Below are positions 19,204 to 30,265 of a stretch of 64,000 nucleotides of DNA, in pieces. Made by a program: the position numbers and the translations under genes. The stretch spans positions 1-64,000 of the forward strand of contig JABCSY010000001.1 of NCBI GenBank assembly GCA_018238625.1, in the 5' to 3' direction. Positions within the stretch are counted from its first letter, which is position 1. Each line of letters opens with the position of its first letter. This DNA is from Promethearchaeota archaeon (GTDB lineage Archaea; Asgardarchaeota; Lokiarchaeia; Sigyniarchaeales; SOKP01). Below the pieces are notes generated by a model. It had not been told where the DNA came from and did not search any database. It saw only the letters and a list, made by a program, of their open reading frames with translations.

Positions 19204-20613
19204 ATGAAAGTTGCTTTTAGTAAGTTAAATATTACTCCCAAAGAATATGTATCTAAACCTTTGGCAGGATATACACGCAAAAAACCCTGTTTAGGGAAGT
19301 TAGATGACATTTATGTTCATAGCGTTTTAATAGAAAGCAATTCAGTAGCGTCTAATAAAGATTTCTTGCTTCTAATATCTTTAGATTTGTTAAAAGTTCC
19401 TTTATCTATAACAAAATACATTAGAAATAAAATAATTAAGAAATATCCCTCTTTAAATTTTGAAAGCATTTTAGTGCATGCCACCCATACTCACGCTGCT
19501 TTTGATTTAACGGGCGAGTTTTATTGGCCTGGAGGGGCTCTAAATGTAATGAAGGGTATTATGTTTGGTGCGAATAGGAACGATAAATATATCGTATGGT
19601 TCGCTGATAAAATACTGAAAATGGTCGAAGGATTATTTAATGATTTAAAGTCTTGCAAAATTGCGTGGAAAACGGAACTCTTTAATCCAGACATCGTAAT
19701 CAACAGAAGACACCCCTCTAGGAAGACTCTTCCTCATTTAGGAGTAATAACTTTTAAAAGTCTAGAAGAAAATGAATTATTAGGTTTTATTATTAACTAT
19801 GCGTGCCACCCTACGACTCTATCTTTTCAGAATAACAAATTATCTGCCGATTATCCGGGTCGTATAATTCAAAAAATTAACGAATTGACAAATAATAAAG
19901 TAAAAGCAATATATTTCAATGGTCCATCTGGAGATTTAAACCCTATAACAACATGTGGGACGGAATACGAACAATTTGAATTGGATAAAACGCCAATATA
20001 CGATCAACTAGGTACTTACAATCATACAGAAAGAATTGGATATACGATTGCTGAAGAAGCGTTGAAATTAGCTAATTCTATTTCTGAAAACGATTATTAT
20101 AGCGCCATCGAATTCCAAATATATGCACACGAGTTTTGGATTCCAATGAAAGATCACAAGTATTTTTCTAAACAATGGTTTACAAACAAATTAATTTACG
20201 CAATTAAGAAATTATTCTTGCTAAACATTGCTAGATACACAATGATAAATTCTAATTTTCCAATTTTTATCATTGACAAAAAGAAAGGTAATTTCAGATG
20301 CAAAACTATTATTCAATACATCAAGGTTAGGGCAAAATCAAAATCTAAGGAAAAAGAATTTAGTTTAATGACAATTCCCGGAGAATTGTTTGAAGAAATA
20401 GGAAAAAGCTTACTTAAAGCGTCTTTAACTGGAAGGAATAATATTTTTATTTTTCAGAATGCTCAAGATTGGATAGGATATCTATTTCCTCTACACGAAT
20501 ACGTTGAGGAAGGAGGTTATGAGCCAATACCAAGTTTTAGCCCTCTCGGGGGTTATTTTGTAGAAAATGAAATGCTTAGACTTTTAACAAAAATTAGTAA
20601 TGAAATTAAATAA
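19204..20613 (+). CDS. Neutral/alkaline ceramidase-like metal-dependent amidohydrolase
   Basis: HATHTHA, NYACHPT, SADYPG, GPSGDLNP, IPGELF and GGYE motifs. Confidence 0.8.
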   Translation: MKVAFSKLNITPKEYVSKPLAGYTRKKPCLGKLDDIYVHSVLIESNSVASNKDFLLLISLDLLKVPLSITKYIRNKIIKKYPSLNFESILVHATHTHAAFDLTGEFYWPGGALNVMKGIMFGANRNDKYIVWFADKILKMVEGLFNDLKSCKIAWKTELFNPDIVINRRHPSRKTLPHLGVITFKSLEENELLGFIINYACHPTTLSFQNNKLSADYPGRIIQKINELTNNKVKAIYFNGPSGDLNPITTCGTEYEQFELDKTPIYDQLGTYNHTERIGYTIAEEALKLANSISENDYYSAIEFQIYAHEFWIPMKDHKYFSKQWFTNKLIYAIKKLFLLNIARYTMINSNFPIFIIDKKKGNFRCKTIIQYIKVRAKSKSKEKEFSLMTIPGELFEEIGKSLLKASLTGRNNIFIFQNAQDWIGYLFPLHEYVEEGGYEPIPSFSPLGGYFVENEMLRLLTKISNEIK

Positions 20614-20627
20614 ATTTCTTCGTGTTT

Positions 20628-21833
20628 TTATTTTATTAATTCTTCCGCTAGTTCCCACGCTTTGTTATTTAAGGTTATGATTTTCTTCGTAAAATCGTCG
20701 CTAGAAAGAGATGTTTCTTGATTTGTAACGTTCTCTACATCGCTTAGTAATTTTTTTTCTACATCTCTTAATCTGTTGATATATTCTTGCTTTTCTGGTT
20801 TAATCGTGCGTTTTTTATATGGTCTTATAAATTCTTTATGCCTTGACCAAAACCAAGATGAATCTAGCTCCTTGTATGGTCCAGGCTTTTCTGTAGAAAA
20901 TATTTGTCCTTGTCCCGGAAAAATATATGGTTTAAAGGTATTTAAGCACGGAAGTGACCCTCCAGTGAACCAATGTATAGATTTACCATCTTTTTTTAGG
21001 TGTGATACTTGAGAGCCTGTTGATTGAAACGACCCATGCATGCATATTCCTACATTGTGTTCCCTCAAAAACTCCATCATTAAAGCTGGAGTAATCTTTT
21101 GATTATTATCGTTTAACATCGCCAATGAACACCCATCTCGTGTATTATGTGAAAAACTATCGGGAATTTGAGGGTCTGAAAAAATCATAGCGAAATCAAA
21201 ATCGTTGTCGTCTTTACAATATCCTTTTTCAATAGCGTGTTGGATTATACCTTTTCGCCTAATATCACCTTTTCCCCTAATTGATAGGTTGTTGGAAATT
21301 GATCTTACATCCTTAACAATTTCTGCAATCCACCATTTGTCAGCTGTTTCTAATACATAAGCTTCTTTTGTATCCGCAATTAAAAACGAATTGTGGTATG
21401 TCCAACCTTGTTGCCCATAAGCACAACCTCCTCCTTGCCCAAATTTCTCTAACAAATCTGTGATTACATTTAACGCTTCTTTAGCCGATTGTCCTCGCTC
21501 CACGCCTAAGCGTAGTAAATCCATCCCTAATAATCCCATATCTTGATAATTTTCTTTTGAATATACTGCCTCGTTTCCTATTACAACGCCATATGAATTT
21601 GCGGCCATTTCAGCTCCAAACATCCAATAAGGTTGTGAGAGGATAGTCTCATGTGTTTCAGAGACTTGTGGAATGGAGATATAGGTACATTTTACTTCTT
21701 CTCCTTTGGAATATTGCGTTCGGGGAAGGTGAGTTACCAGTTGGGCTTCAGATTGAGGTCTATCACTATTCTTTCCAAAAACTACATTTCCATCTTTGGT
21801 TGAATTTCCTAATGCTACTAATGTATCGCACAT
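20628..21833 (-). CDS. Peptidase C69 (secernin/dipeptidase) Ntn-hydrolase
   Basis: MCDT N-terminal nucleophile; FGKNSDRP, GAEMAANSYGVVIGNEAV and GMDLLRLGVER motifs. Confidence 0.92.
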   Translation of the reverse strand: MCDTLVALGNSTKDGNVVFGKNSDRPQSEAQLVTHLPRTQYSKGEEVKCTYISIPQVSETHETILSQPYWMFGAEMAANSYGVVIGNEAVYSKENYQDMGLLGMDLLRLGVERGQSAKEALNVITDLLEKFGQGGGCAYGQQGWTYHNSFLIADTKEAYVLETADKWWIAEIVKDVRSISNNLSIRGKGDIRRKGIIQHAIEKGYCKDDNDFDFAMIFSDPQIPDSFSHNTRDGCSLAMLNDNNQKITPALMMEFLREHNVGICMHGSFQSTGSQVSHLKKDGKSIHWFTGGSLPCLNTFKPYIFPGQGQIFSTEKPGPYKELDSSWFWSRHKEFIRPYKKRTIKPEKQEYINRLRDVEKKLLSDVENVTNQETSLSSDDFTKKIITLNNKAWELAEELIK

Positions 21834-21974
21834 AATTTCTTCTAAATCTTCATTTTATTTATTTAATTCTATAAGAATAGCTCAATAAAAATTTTAATTA
21901 TTTAATTTAATAACTACAGTTAAAATAAAATTGTTAATTTCTTAAAATAAGAAAAACTGGAAAATAAATTATAG

Positions 21975-23624
21975 TTGATATTAGTGGGATTATTAATTAA
22001 AAATGGACTGATTTTAGATGGTACTGGTTCACAAGGCTTTATATCAGATATTTTAATTAAAGGGGATAAGGTTGTTCAAATCAAGCAAAACATTGATGTA
22101 GCTGGAACAGAAATAATTGACGCTTCAAATAAAGTTGTTGCCCCAGGTTTTATTGACATGCATCATCACGGAGATCTTTCAATTATGGAGATAAATAAAG
22201 CTGAAGCGTCTATAATGCAGGGTGTAACGACGCTCGTAGTAGGAATGTGCGGATTGGGCCTTGCTCCTGCTAACGAAAAAGTGAGAGATTATTACTATAA
22301 TTTCGTTAAAAACATTTTTGGATCCTCTGATATATTGTATGATACAATTCAAGAATACATGGATGCGATTGCAAAAAAAGGGGTTTCTGTTAATCTTGCT
22401 TTTTTTATCCCGCACGGAAACGTTAGGTTTTTAGTTTTGGGATCTGAAAGGCAACCCGCAAACGAAAGGGAGATGGAAGAGATGAAAAAAAGCGTAGAAG
22501 AAGGGATGAAAGCTGGAGCGTTTGGGTTAACCACGGGTTTGATTTACCCTCCAGGCTCTATAACCTCTACAGAAGAAATAATTGAACTATGTAAAATTGT
22601 AGCTCAATATAAGGGAATTTACGATTCGCACATGAGAAACGAAGGAGGAGATGTAATCAAGATAGGTATGACAGAACTTATAAGAATTGCCAGAGAAGCA
22701 AACGTTCAAGCGCAAATTTCTCATTGGAAAGCTGGAAGTAGTTTTGCTTGGAAATTAACTTCAGATATGATTAATTTAGTTAAAGAAGCTAGAGAACAGG
22801 GGTTAAAAATCTATGCTGATTTATATCCTTACGAAGAAAGTTCTACAAGTCTATCTTATATCCTACTTCAACCTTGGGTTTATGATAATTTTAAAGAAAA
22901 TCTCACTGATTTAGAAAAAAGAAAAAAAATTATCAATGAAATATTTAATTTAATATCAGCTAATTTTTTATCAAGCGCCCCTAAAGTAATAAAACTTGTC
23001 CCTAAAGTTATTTTACGAAAATTTCTCTTAAAATTTTTTAAAAAATCAGTGAGAATAATTAGTGTAACGCATAATCATAAAATAGAGGGAGAATTTTTAG
23101 GGCGCGCTATCAAAATTTTATATCCAAAAAGAAAATTTGTTGATGGTTTATTAGATTTTGTAAGAGATGAAGAAGGAGGAATAATGGTTTCAATGAGAAT
23201 GATGAGTGAAGCAAAAAGCATTAATTTCCTTTTTAAACAAGACTTTGTATGCGTAGGCTCTGACGGTTTCTTGGTTAAAGATGTAAATACTCACCCACGA
23301 TCGTACGGGACATTTCCTAAAATCTTATCTAAATATGTAAGGGAAAAAAACTTAATATCCTTAGAAAAAGCAATTAAGAAGATGACTTCCTTACCGGCGA
23401 CCATATTGGGATTAAGTGATCGCGGCGAAATTAAAGAAAACAAAAAAGCTGATATTGTAATATTTGACTTTGAAAAAATAGAAGATAAATCTACATACAA
23501 AAATGGGCGGCAATTTCCTGAAGGAATTGACTACGTTATCGTAAATGGTAAAATAGTCGTTAAGAAAGGCATCCATACAGGGGCTTTAAACGGCCAAATC
23601 CTAAAACATAAAAGCGATAAATAG
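21975..23624 (+). CDS. N-acyl-D-amino-acid deacylase (amidohydrolase 3 family)
   Basis: APGFIDMHHH, SHMRNEG, VGSDG, HPRSYGTFP and KKMTSLPA motifs. Confidence 0.9.
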   Translation: MILVGLLIKNGLILDGTGSQGFISDILIKGDKVVQIKQNIDVAGTEIIDASNKVVAPGFIDMHHHGDLSIMEINKAEASIMQGVTTLVVGMCGLGLAPANEKVRDYYYNFVKNIFGSSDILYDTIQEYMDAIAKKGVSVNLAFFIPHGNVRFLVLGSERQPANEREMEEMKKSVEEGMKAGAFGLTTGLIYPPGSITSTEEIIELCKIVAQYKGIYDSHMRNEGGDVIKIGMTELIRIAREANVQAQISHWKAGSSFAWKLTSDMINLVKEAREQGLKIYADLYPYEESSTSLSYILLQPWVYDNFKENLTDLEKRKKIINEIFNLISANFLSSAPKVIKLVPKVILRKFLLKFFKKSVRIISVTHNHKIEGEFLGRAIKILYPKRKFVDGLLDFVRDEEGGIMVSMRMMSEAKSINFLFKQDFVCVGSDGFLVKDVNTHPRSYGTFPKILSKYVREKNLISLEKAIKKMTSLPATILGLSDRGEIKENKKADIVIFDFEKIEDKSTYKNGRQFPEGIDYVIVNGKIVVKKGIHTGALNGQILKHKSDK

Positions 23625-23786
23625 ATTTATAAAAATCTCATATTTTACCACGATTGACCCAAACAATAGATAAATTTAATTAAACTTTAATAAAAGTAAT
23701 ATTTTAAGACTTTGACTAAATAATAATAATTAAATAAGTCTTGAGCTTTTTTCCGGTAAATTAAATTCTTGAAAAAATGAGATAAT

Positions 23787-25580
23787 TTGATAGAAAATAA
23801 GAAAAAAGTATGGATTTTTTCATTTGAGTACGCTGGTGTAGCTAAAGTTGGAGGCCTTGGGGAAGTACCGGCAAACCAAGCAAAACAATTAGCCGATCAG
23901 TTTGATATAACCGTATTTATGCCGTCTCATGGGCAACTTGAAAATTTAAAAACCAAATTTAATTTGGAAAAATTACCATTCACTTGTGTCGGTCAAATTA
24001 ATCCTTCTTTTAGCGGAATAAATGAACAGGAAGAGAGCTATTTTATTTCATTTTATAAATTTAAAATGAAAAATGTCAACATCATTTTAGTTTCTGGAGA
24101 GAATGATTTCACCTCAAAGTATTTAGATGATAAGACGGTTTATAATCCAGAATCAATAAAAGGCAAGATATCTCTATTTAGTATTGGGATTCAGTGTTTA
24201 GTAGAATTCTTTCTAGAAAATAATAAAAAAGATTTGCCTGAAGTTGTTCATTTGCACGATTATCACGTTGTTTTGCCCTACATAGGAATGAAACAGATCT
24301 TAGCAAAAAATAGTTTAAATATTGCTTCAATATTAACGATACACTTATTAACTTGGCCAAGGTTCGAATACAACTTTTATAGAGCAAGTGGAATAGATGA
24401 AACGCCTATTAGAGTCTTGTTAAATGAAGGGTTTAAAATGTTAAATTTGAATGAAATATTTAGACTATCTAATGAATTTAACGAATCGGGCGATGAGTAT
24501 ACAATACCCACAGTTGAAAAGATTGGAGCTATTATATCAGATGTGGTTACTACAGTTAGTCAATCATATTTAATTTCAGACATTATTCCAAACTGTGGCA
24601 AAAAATTAATAGAGTTCAAAGCTGATTTTGTTTGGGATGGATGCGATTGGGACTATTATGAGATTTATAAAAAAGTAGGGACAATTCATGGAAAAGAAAT
24701 TCGCGAATTCCTAAATCTCTCTGAAGAAAATGAGATTACAACTATCAACATGAGAAAGTTCCTTTTAGAATACAAAATAGGTAATCTCAGTCAAAGCCCA
24801 TTAATTAATTCTAAATCCGTTTTAGATACAATAAACGAAATATCAAACGGAAATCCTTTTATTAAAAACGGAAATATTAAAGCCTTTTCAGAATCAGGCC
24901 CGTTAGTTCTTACAACAGGAAGGGTTTCTCCTCAAAAAGGTTTTGAAATTATATTTGAAGCAATTCCAGAGGTCTTAAAAACAGTTCATAATGCAAAATT
25001 CCTTTTTCTCATATTACCAACTGATTATAGCTTGAATGAAATAAAATCATATGCTCACTATGTTAAACAATATCCTGAAAACATACGCATAATTTTCGGA
25101 GTAGCTTCCGATATTTTTTATCTGGCACACATATCTGCCGATGTATTTGTATCTCTTTCCCGATGGGAACCATTTGGTATTATGGCATTAGAAGCTATGG
25201 CATCTAAAATGCCCATCATTGCAAGTAAAGTTGGAGGCTTACAAGAAACCATCATTGATGTAAAAATGTTTCCCAAAATAGGTACTGGCATTCTAATAGA
25301 AAAAGATAACCCCCATCAATTTGCAACGGCATTAATTTCCCTCTTAAAATCGTCAGAAGTTGCTCAACATATGAAAGATTCCGAAAATATTACAATCTAT
25401 GATATTGATATTCTAAATATCATTAACCAGATACCAGATGAAGTTATTAAATCACATGTTTTATTAGATCCATATTATTTTCTGAAAATTAAGGAAAATT
25501 GCTACAAAAGAGTCAAGACCAATTTTACGTGGAGCATCGTTTCTAAAAAACTAGCTAATCTGTATCTTAATTTACATTAA
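23787..25580 (+). CDS. glgA: Glycogen/starch synthase (GT5)
   Basis: KVGGLG, HLHDYH, TIH, TTVSQSY, GRVSPQKG and SRWEPFGIMALEAM motifs. Confidence 0.9.
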   Translation: MIENKKKVWIFSFEYAGVAKVGGLGEVPANQAKQLADQFDITVFMPSHGQLENLKTKFNLEKLPFTCVGQINPSFSGINEQEESYFISFYKFKMKNVNIILVSGENDFTSKYLDDKTVYNPESIKGKISLFSIGIQCLVEFFLENNKKDLPEVVHLHDYHVVLPYIGMKQILAKNSLNIASILTIHLLTWPRFEYNFYRASGIDETPIRVLLNEGFKMLNLNEIFRLSNEFNESGDEYTIPTVEKIGAIISDVVTTVSQSYLISDIIPNCGKKLIEFKADFVWDGCDWDYYEIYKKVGTIHGKEIREFLNLSEENEITTINMRKFLLEYKIGNLSQSPLINSKSVLDTINEISNGNPFIKNGNIKAFSESGPLVLTTGRVSPQKGFEIIFEAIPEVLKTVHNAKFLFLILPTDYSLNEIKSYAHYVKQYPENIRIIFGVASDIFYLAHISADVFVSLSRWEPFGIMALEAMASKMPIIASKVGGLQETIIDVKMFPKIGTGILIEKDNPHQFATALISLLKSSEVAQHMKDSENITIYDIDILNIINQIPDEVIKSHVLLDPYYFLKIKENCYKRVKTNFTWSIVSKKLANLYLNLH

Positions 25581-25631
25581 ATACGCTAAACTTCTTGAAT
25601 TGATGTAAATCAATTGGTTCTCTCTAATATT

Positions 25632-27611
25632 TTAACTGTGCCAAAATGGATATAAATTTTTAGTTAGAGCACCTTTCCTGTCTGGCACAACAACAAGTTC
25701 TTTTCTTACCCATTCAGAAATCCATTTGTACTTTTGTTTAAAACGGAAATCCATAAATATTATTGCGCCTTTATCTTTTAATTTTCGAATAGGGCGCCCA
25801 GAAGCTTGGTTTGCCCTTTGAACGGCAGGATATAGGTATGCGAAATTCCATCCTTGTTTATCAAAAACCTTATCGTAATATTCTATTTTTGCATTAACTC
25901 GAGGAGTGGGTAAATGATACGGAAATCCAGCAATAATTACTGAATTCATATGATCTCCGGGATAATCTTCCCCTTCCGAATTTCGCCCTCCGCACACGCC
26001 CAATAAAATAGCTCCATTACGAGAAGGTGATGCCATTGATTTAAAATCGTTAACCAAGAAGGCATTTTCTGAAGCAGATAGTCCTGGTTCCTCTACAAAT
26101 AATTGTTTTTTATTCTTAATAGCTATAGATTCAATACCATTTGTAACTAATGCGTTTAGAACTTTATACGAAGCACAAAAGATACCTATGTTAGCAGGGG
26201 TGCTATAAATTACTTCGTCAATTTTAGAGAGTATTTTTTTAAACATTGGACCTGTACGACTCCCTCTACGCGTGTCTACACCTTCAGTAATTATTGCTTT
26301 AATGTTTTCCTTTTGAAATGGTGAATTCGCAACGATTCCCTTATAGCTTTTTCCACTTTCTCTTAAACCCATCAAATTATTATAAACATAAGGGTTTACG
26401 GTCCCAGATAGATGCACGCTAGTATAGCATTCTTTTAAAATGGGAGTAACAATATCTCTTGGATCTAACGCAACAATTTCCATTGAAATTATTGGTTTCT
26501 CTCTTACCCTTTTAAGACTATAACAAAAGAAATAATTATCCAGTAAATAGCATCTTATCCATTTTAGCCAGAACTCTGCTAATGCACCTACGAAATCTCT
26601 TGAAACATCACCGTTTGCGACCTTATCGTCGTGAATTGAAGCACTGAAAGAGTGTAAATCCCTAACGAGATTCTTAAAATCGTTTAAGTTTGAAAACCCT
26701 AACCGTGAATAAACTTGAAGCAAGAAATCTTCTGCTTTAATTTCTATTTCTGTCACACTTAAACTCTTTTTTTTCTTTTCTAAATGGCTTAATAGGACTT
26801 TTACAAACCTCTGCATAATACTTGGGGACCGGAAAATCTCTAAATCCTTTAGACATATTCTTAGGGCGTACGGGGTTATTCTATCGGAATTAATTTCTGT
26901 TGCCATATCAATTACATTATGGCATTCATCAAGCACTAAAATGCAATTATTAAGCTCTTCATCTATAAATTGTAAAAAATTTTCGCGGATAAAAGGATTG
27001 AAAATCCACTGGTAATTGCAAGTAATTATTCTCATTTCTTTTAGAAGAAACTTGCTCAAAAAGTAAGGACATAATTTTTTATCTTTACATAAGTTAATTA
27101 AATCTTCGGCATCAACCGGTTTACTTAATAAATCGGGAGCAATATCGATAGAGTTATCGTATTCACTTCTTTTTTTGATTAAATTTAGAAAATATCTACA
27201 ATTTTTATTTTTTCTTAGGTCTCCGCACACGGACATCGATTCTTTTGGATTAAGTTTTAACGATAATAGCGTTTCGTTAAGGCACATTTCGTTCCTTCCC
27301 CTAATGGAAAGGCCGTTTATTTGGATTTGGGGGGTTTTCTTTTTTAGAAAATTTGAGATTTTCGTTAGTTCTTTAATAATCCTTGTATTCTGAGAATGAG
27401 TACGGCACATATAGATGATTTTTAAATCATTTCGTATTGATAGAGGTAATAAAGCACTTAAAGCAATTATTGTCTTACCTGTACCATTTGGAGCTGCGAG
27501 TAAAGTAATTTTTTTTTCAATTGAAGCTTTTTCAACTTTTTTGATGATGTCTTCTTGGTCGCGTCTAAATTTGTCATATGGAAAGAAATCAAGGTAATTT
27601 ATTTTATACAC
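25632..27611 (-). CDS. xpd: XPD/Rad3-family FeS-cluster DNA helicase
   Basis: APNGTGKT, RTHSQ, four FeS Cys (EMCL, SVC, NCRY, LCPY), DECHN, LSGT, SEGEDY and QASGRPIR motifs. Confidence 0.93.
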   Translation of the reverse strand: MYKINYLDFFPYDKFRRDQEDIIKKVEKASIEKKITLLAAPNGTGKTIIALSALLPLSIRNDLKIIYMCRTHSQNTRIIKELTKISNFLKKKTPQIQINGLSIRGRNEMCLNETLLSLKLNPKESMSVCGDLRKNKNCRYFLNLIKKRSEYDNSIDIAPDLLSKPVDAEDLINLCKDKKLCPYFLSKFLLKEMRIITCNYQWIFNPFIRENFLQFIDEELNNCILVLDECHNVIDMATEINSDRITPYALRICLKDLEIFRSPSIMQRFVKVLLSHLEKKKKSLSVTEIEIKAEDFLLQVYSRLGFSNLNDFKNLVRDLHSFSASIHDDKVANGDVSRDFVGALAEFWLKWIRCYLLDNYFFCYSLKRVREKPIISMEIVALDPRDIVTPILKECYTSVHLSGTVNPYVYNNLMGLRESGKSYKGIVANSPFQKENIKAIITEGVDTRRGSRTGPMFKKILSKIDEVIYSTPANIGIFCASYKVLNALVTNGIESIAIKNKKQLFVEEPGLSASENAFLVNDFKSMASPSRNGAILLGVCGGRNSEGEDYPGDHMNSVIIAGFPYHLPTPRVNAKIEYYDKVFDKQGWNFAYLYPAVQRANQASGRPIRKLKDKGAIIFMDFRFKQKYKWISEWVRKELVVVPDRKGALTKNLYPFWHS

Positions 27612-27702
27612 CGAAGGAAGTTTTAATAATTATTGTTAACCTATAATTTTGAACTAATAATAGCACAGAGTATTTATGTTTTTTATTATTTATTATTAAA
27701 AA

Positions 27703-28602
27703 ATGAGTGATAATAATTCTGATGAAAAGGCTTTACTTCTAAGAGAATTACTTGGTGAGACTTTATTTAGAGACATAATAATTTTTATTATTTTATATTT
27801 ATTTATCCTCGCTCAATCTTGGGAAAATTTATTTCTACTGTTATTTCCAATTATAACGTTTGCGTATTCGGTATTTTTCAGAATAATTAATACAAATAAA
27901 TGGAGAACCACTTCTAATAACACCCAAATTCATTATAACCCCATTGGATTAGAAAAAAAGCACGCTAATCGATTATTTTTCACGGCAATACTCCAATTAA
28001 TTCTATTATTTTGGATAGGAGCAGAATCTTATTATCATCCACAGCTAATTCAATCTTATGATCTATTTTTTAACATAATTTTTAACTTTCTCTACACTTT
28101 CGGGTTTTATTGGATACTAATTGATGTATGGAATTATTCCAAAATAGTAATTCGGTTTAAAAATAATAAACTCAATACTCAAGCTCAAAACAATACTTTA
28201 CTTAAAAGCAATTTAGATAAAGTAATCTCACAGCTAAAATTGAAGAGTTTTAAAATCGTTAGCGTTGTTAACTTAAGTACATTCATATTCCTAAATGTCT
28301 TAAATATAAGTTTCACTTTATTTATTGATAATACTTTTTCAAGATTTTCGTATTATTTACCAGGTACTGGAATTGAGGGTTCACTCCCAATAAATATATC
28401 CGTCGTATCATTTTTAATTGTTATAATTTCACCTCTAGTAACAAGTTTTTTACTTATCTTAATCTATAAAGATTTGAACAGCATTAATCCCGCTGATTTT
28501 GAAAATTTATTGAAAGAATTGTCCGAAGAAGATCGTAAAAACATAGTTGAAAATCTTACTAAAATAAATAAAAAATTTAATCGAGATTTAGCTAGAGAAT
28601 AA
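27703..28602 (+). CDS. Hypothetical integral membrane protein (about 6 TM)
   Basis: 299-aa ORF with hydrophobic segments; no family recognised. Confidence 0.6.
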   Translation: MSDNNSDEKALLLRELLGETLFRDIIIFIILYLFILAQSWENLFLLLFPIITFAYSVFFRIINTNKWRTTSNNTQIHYNPIGLEKKHANRLFFTAILQLILLFWIGAESYYHPQLIQSYDLFFNIIFNFLYTFGFYWILIDVWNYSKIVIRFKNNKLNTQAQNNTLLKSNLDKVISQLKLKSFKIVSVVNLSTFIFLNVLNISFTLFIDNTFSRFSYYLPGTGIEGSLPINISVVSFLIVIISPLVTSFLLILIYKDLNSINPADFENLLKELSEEDRKNIVENLTKINKKFNRDLARE

Positions 28603-28666
28603 ATTTTAGAATTTTATTAATTTATTAAAATCATATTTATTAAAATCTAATCCATATATTTATTAC

Positions 28667-29233
28667 TTGAATTTCAAACAATTATATAATATGTCGCAAC
28701 CAACCAAGCAAAAACGCAAATATCTTTTTAAGGTAGTCGTTGTAGGAGATGGGGGGATCGGCAAAAGTACTATGATACAGAGACTGATTACGGGACATTT
28801 TACCCCTATGAAAATCACTATTGGGACAGATTTAGCCACTTATCAGATGGAATTTGAAAAGATGGTAGTAAAACTTCAAATTTGGGACTTCGCTGGCGAG
28901 AAAAGGTTCAGGTTTTTTTTACCGAATTATGCAAGAGGTGCTCACGGTTGTCTGATATGTTATGATATTACTAGATATACAAGTTTCCAGAACCTTCAAG
29001 AATGGTACGATATTATTCAAGAGAATTCTTCAGACCCAGTGTTTATATTAATTGGAGGGAAAGTTGATCTAGCTGACACTAGACGAACTGTTAAGCGAGA
29101 AGAAGCTGAGGAATTTCGGAAAGAGCATGAAATACCTTATCTTTTTGAAACGAGCTCAAAATCGGGTATAAATAATAAAATTATATTTGAAAAGTTAATA
29201 AAAGAAATACAAAAAAAAATAGGTTTGGGTTAA
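28667..29233 (+). CDS. Rab-like small GTPase; start may be the ATG at 28691
   Basis: GDGGIGKST, TIGTD, WDFAGEKRF, GGKVDL and ETSSK motifs. Confidence 0.92.
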   Translation: MNFKQLYNMSQPTKQKRKYLFKVVVVGDGGIGKSTMIQRLITGHFTPMKITIGTDLATYQMEFEKMVVKLQIWDFAGEKRFRFFLPNYARGAHGCLICYDITRYTSFQNLQEWYDIIQENSSDPVFILIGGKVDLADTRRTVKREEAEEFRKEHEIPYLFETSSKSGINNKIIFEKLIKEIQKKIGLG

Positions 29234-29247
29234 CTACTTTAAATATT

Positions 29248-30201
29248 TTACTCTAGTAAGTCTTTGAACTCATCTATGTTTAAGTGTAGGTATTTAGCAG
29301 TAATTAGTTCTCTACCTAACAAATTTAAGAAGTTTTTCTTTCTCTTCTTGTTTATGAACTTTTTCATTTCGCTGAGATCAGGTTCTTTATTTGTTACTTC
29401 GATTAATTTCTTCTTTATTGCGTGATCTACGACTTTTTGACCTACATCAGTTCTAACGATCAAAAATGCTTCTCCAGAACCTTTAGGTGCACCCCATGGA
29501 CTGTAAGAAATATCAGAAAACTCTCCAGTGTAATCAGTACAATATTTACAACCTGCCATTCCACCAGAAGAGCAAGCAAAGCCTATCTTTAGGGAAGTAC
29601 GCTCAGCACCCGTGTTAAAATCGCTTGTTAAAATTTTTGCAAGGCCTTGAAGATGACATGGATTCGCTATAATGCCTATTTCCCGCTTTCTATCCATATA
29701 AGCTCTTCCAATTCCAGTGATTAAGGGTCCAGCGTTTTGAGTGGGGTTGTTAGGGATGTATTGTTTAGCATCATTCGCGCTATCAACAACTACAGGAAAA
29801 GCAACGGGTGGTTTTTTGCTTTTAGGTTTGCTCAAAACAAAGTGCTTAACAATTCCAGAGTCGAATGCGGCCGAGACTAAATTGTATAATATCTCATCTT
29901 TATTTTTGGATTTAACCTGAACAATATCTTTATATACCCCAACAGCTAAGTCAACGCGATTTTGACCAAACATTTTTAGCTCAATTTCGGATATAGGAAG
30001 GAAACTTCGTGGGCATGCATTATAGCACAAACCAACAGTCTCAGCACATTCGTCAACGACATAAGCTAATCCAGTTTCTTCATTAAAATCCATATGTGGA
30101 CAAAACGCGTTACAACTTCCGCAATGAATGCATAAACCGGCATAAATTACTTCATTTTCAAGTTCTTGACTAGATTTTTCAATCTTCATTAACTTAGACA
30201 C
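29248..30201 (-). CDS. FrhB/FdhB-like (F420-interacting beta subunit) protein with N-terminal ferredoxin, apparently shortened
   Basis: CIHCGSCNAFCP...GLCYNACPR ferredoxin; ANPCH, GFAC, GCKYCTDYTGEFSDIS and IVRTDVG motifs. Confidence 0.78.
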   Translation of the reverse strand: MSKLMKIEKSSQELENEVIYAGLCIHCGSCNAFCPHMDFNEETGLAYVVDECAETVGLCYNACPRSFLPISEIELKMFGQNRVDLAVGVYKDIVQVKSKNKDEILYNLVSAAFDSGIVKHFVLSKPKSKKPPVAFPVVVDSANDAKQYIPNNPTQNAGPLITGIGRAYMDRKREIGIIANPCHLQGLAKILTSDFNTGAERTSLKIGFACSSGGMAGCKYCTDYTGEFSDISYSPWGAPKGSGEAFLIVRTDVGQKVVDHAIKKKLIEVTNKEPDLSEMKKFINKKRKKNFLNLLGRELITAKYLHLNIDEFKDLLE

Positions 30202-30265
30202 TTTAATATGTATAATTTTTATTGATAAAAATTTGTTTTATAAAATGGAACATAAAATATAAAGC

